A stretch of 64,000 nucleotides of DNA, taken from contig NC_043013.1 of assembly GCF_006345805.1 (NCBI RefSeq), forward strand, positions 37,758,001-37,822,000, in the 5' to 3' direction. The translations under genes and the position numbers were made by a program. The stretch is from Octopus sinensis (taxonomy: Eukaryota). The notes beneath the pieces were generated by a model that worked only from the letters and a program-made list of their open reading frames with translations, was not told where the DNA came from and did no database searches. Positions 62,831 to 64,000 of this stretch are shown in pieces. Each line of letters opens with the position of its first letter. Positions within the stretch are counted from its first letter, which is position 1.

Positions 62831-63912
62831 AAAAAGTCTATCTTTATTTCTTCTTTTGCTGGTGTCTCAAATTTAGGTTGAATCAGTGTTTGTCAAATGG
62901 GACGGTCGGACAAGTTGTTTTGAGAAAATTTGGTTAAATGTTTGACAACTCAGCACTGTCTATTTGACGGGGAACGTTTTGCTCGTATTAATATATTTTC
63001 AGATAGCTTCCTGTTGGACGCTTTTAAAATGTTTATCTTTCATTTCAGTAAATATATTTCAGCGTAAATCACACGCTAGACATTCCTTACCGATAACGTA
63101 TCATGTATTAATTCAAATGCAGCGTAATCGGCATCAAGCCGATATTTTATATTCTAGCTTCCACACCAAAAAAGAACTCTAGCTTTCCGTTGCTCACACT
63201 ACAAATTGCATCCAGTACTACCAGTTAACGAATGACTGTTCAGGAAAGAAATTATGTGCATCTTTTACAACTCGTTTCAATCCTATGTGGGAATCTTCAA
63301 ATGTCTTTTCGATCTCATGAATTAGTTATCGAATTTCTCTCAGAATATTTCATGATATCTTTCAAATTGTTCACATTGGATAACAAGTGGGGCTAATCAT
63401 GAGTTCGACACATACGATCATAGATCTGGTCAATCAAGGACAAATTCGTGGACTAATCAATATGGACAGCAACAATCATTAGTATAGCAAGCTAAAGCAC
63501 TCTGAATCTCGAGAACTAAGCTGTGAAATGTTTTCTCTAGGGACAGTGTATTGTCTATGAAAGGATAAGAAATCGCTCATGTAACCGATTACGTTAGGAA
63601 GGCAAATCAAAAGATTTAAGAGGTTTTATTTTATTATTCAATCGCAAAACTCTGGTCGAAATGTGAGAAATACGATCCTCTAGTTACGTGAGGAAGTATG
63701 TGTAATTCTTGTCATACAAAAGTGATTACAAATATATTGTATACACACACACACACAAACACACATACATAAACACCCAAACATGCGCACACACACGCGT
63801 AAGCATATATGTTTGCATATAAATATATATTTATGTTTTTATACATACATAGAGTGAGAGCTCCAGATACATAGATAGATAGATAGATAGATAGATAGAG
63901 ATAGATAGATAG

Positions 63913-63948
<36 letters not shown>

Positions 63949-64000
63949 GCATACATGCATGCAAAACGATATAAATTATATGTGCGTGTATATAAATATA

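Overview
Eukaryotic, AT-rich, microsatellite-saturated DNA with no protein-coding host gene that I can support; it is most likely intronic or intergenic. The SINE repertoire and the density of (TA)n/(CA)n/(CATA)n/(GATA)n tracts suggest an octopus genome (inference, not verified). Almost all ORFs in the supplied track are microsatellite translations. The recognisable content is a transposable-element graveyard: two tandem R4/Dong-like RLE retrotransposon fragments; several L1/Tx1-like fragments; Penelope-like GIY-YIG and pseudo-LTR remnants with minimal hammerhead ribozyme motifs; a near-intact 5'-truncated RTE; a CR1-like 3' end; two mariner fragments with DD35D spacing; three tRNA-derived SINE families (labelled A, B, C here); and several hairpin MITEs/foldbacks. 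The best leads are the hammerhead motifs, the SINE-A tail shared with the Tx1-like LINE, the DD35D mariner, the three-armed foldback at 40.8-42.3 kb, and the module-swapped SINE-C copies. All alignments were done by eye, and boundaries of degraded elements are approximate. I see no evidence for a wholly new multi-gene system.
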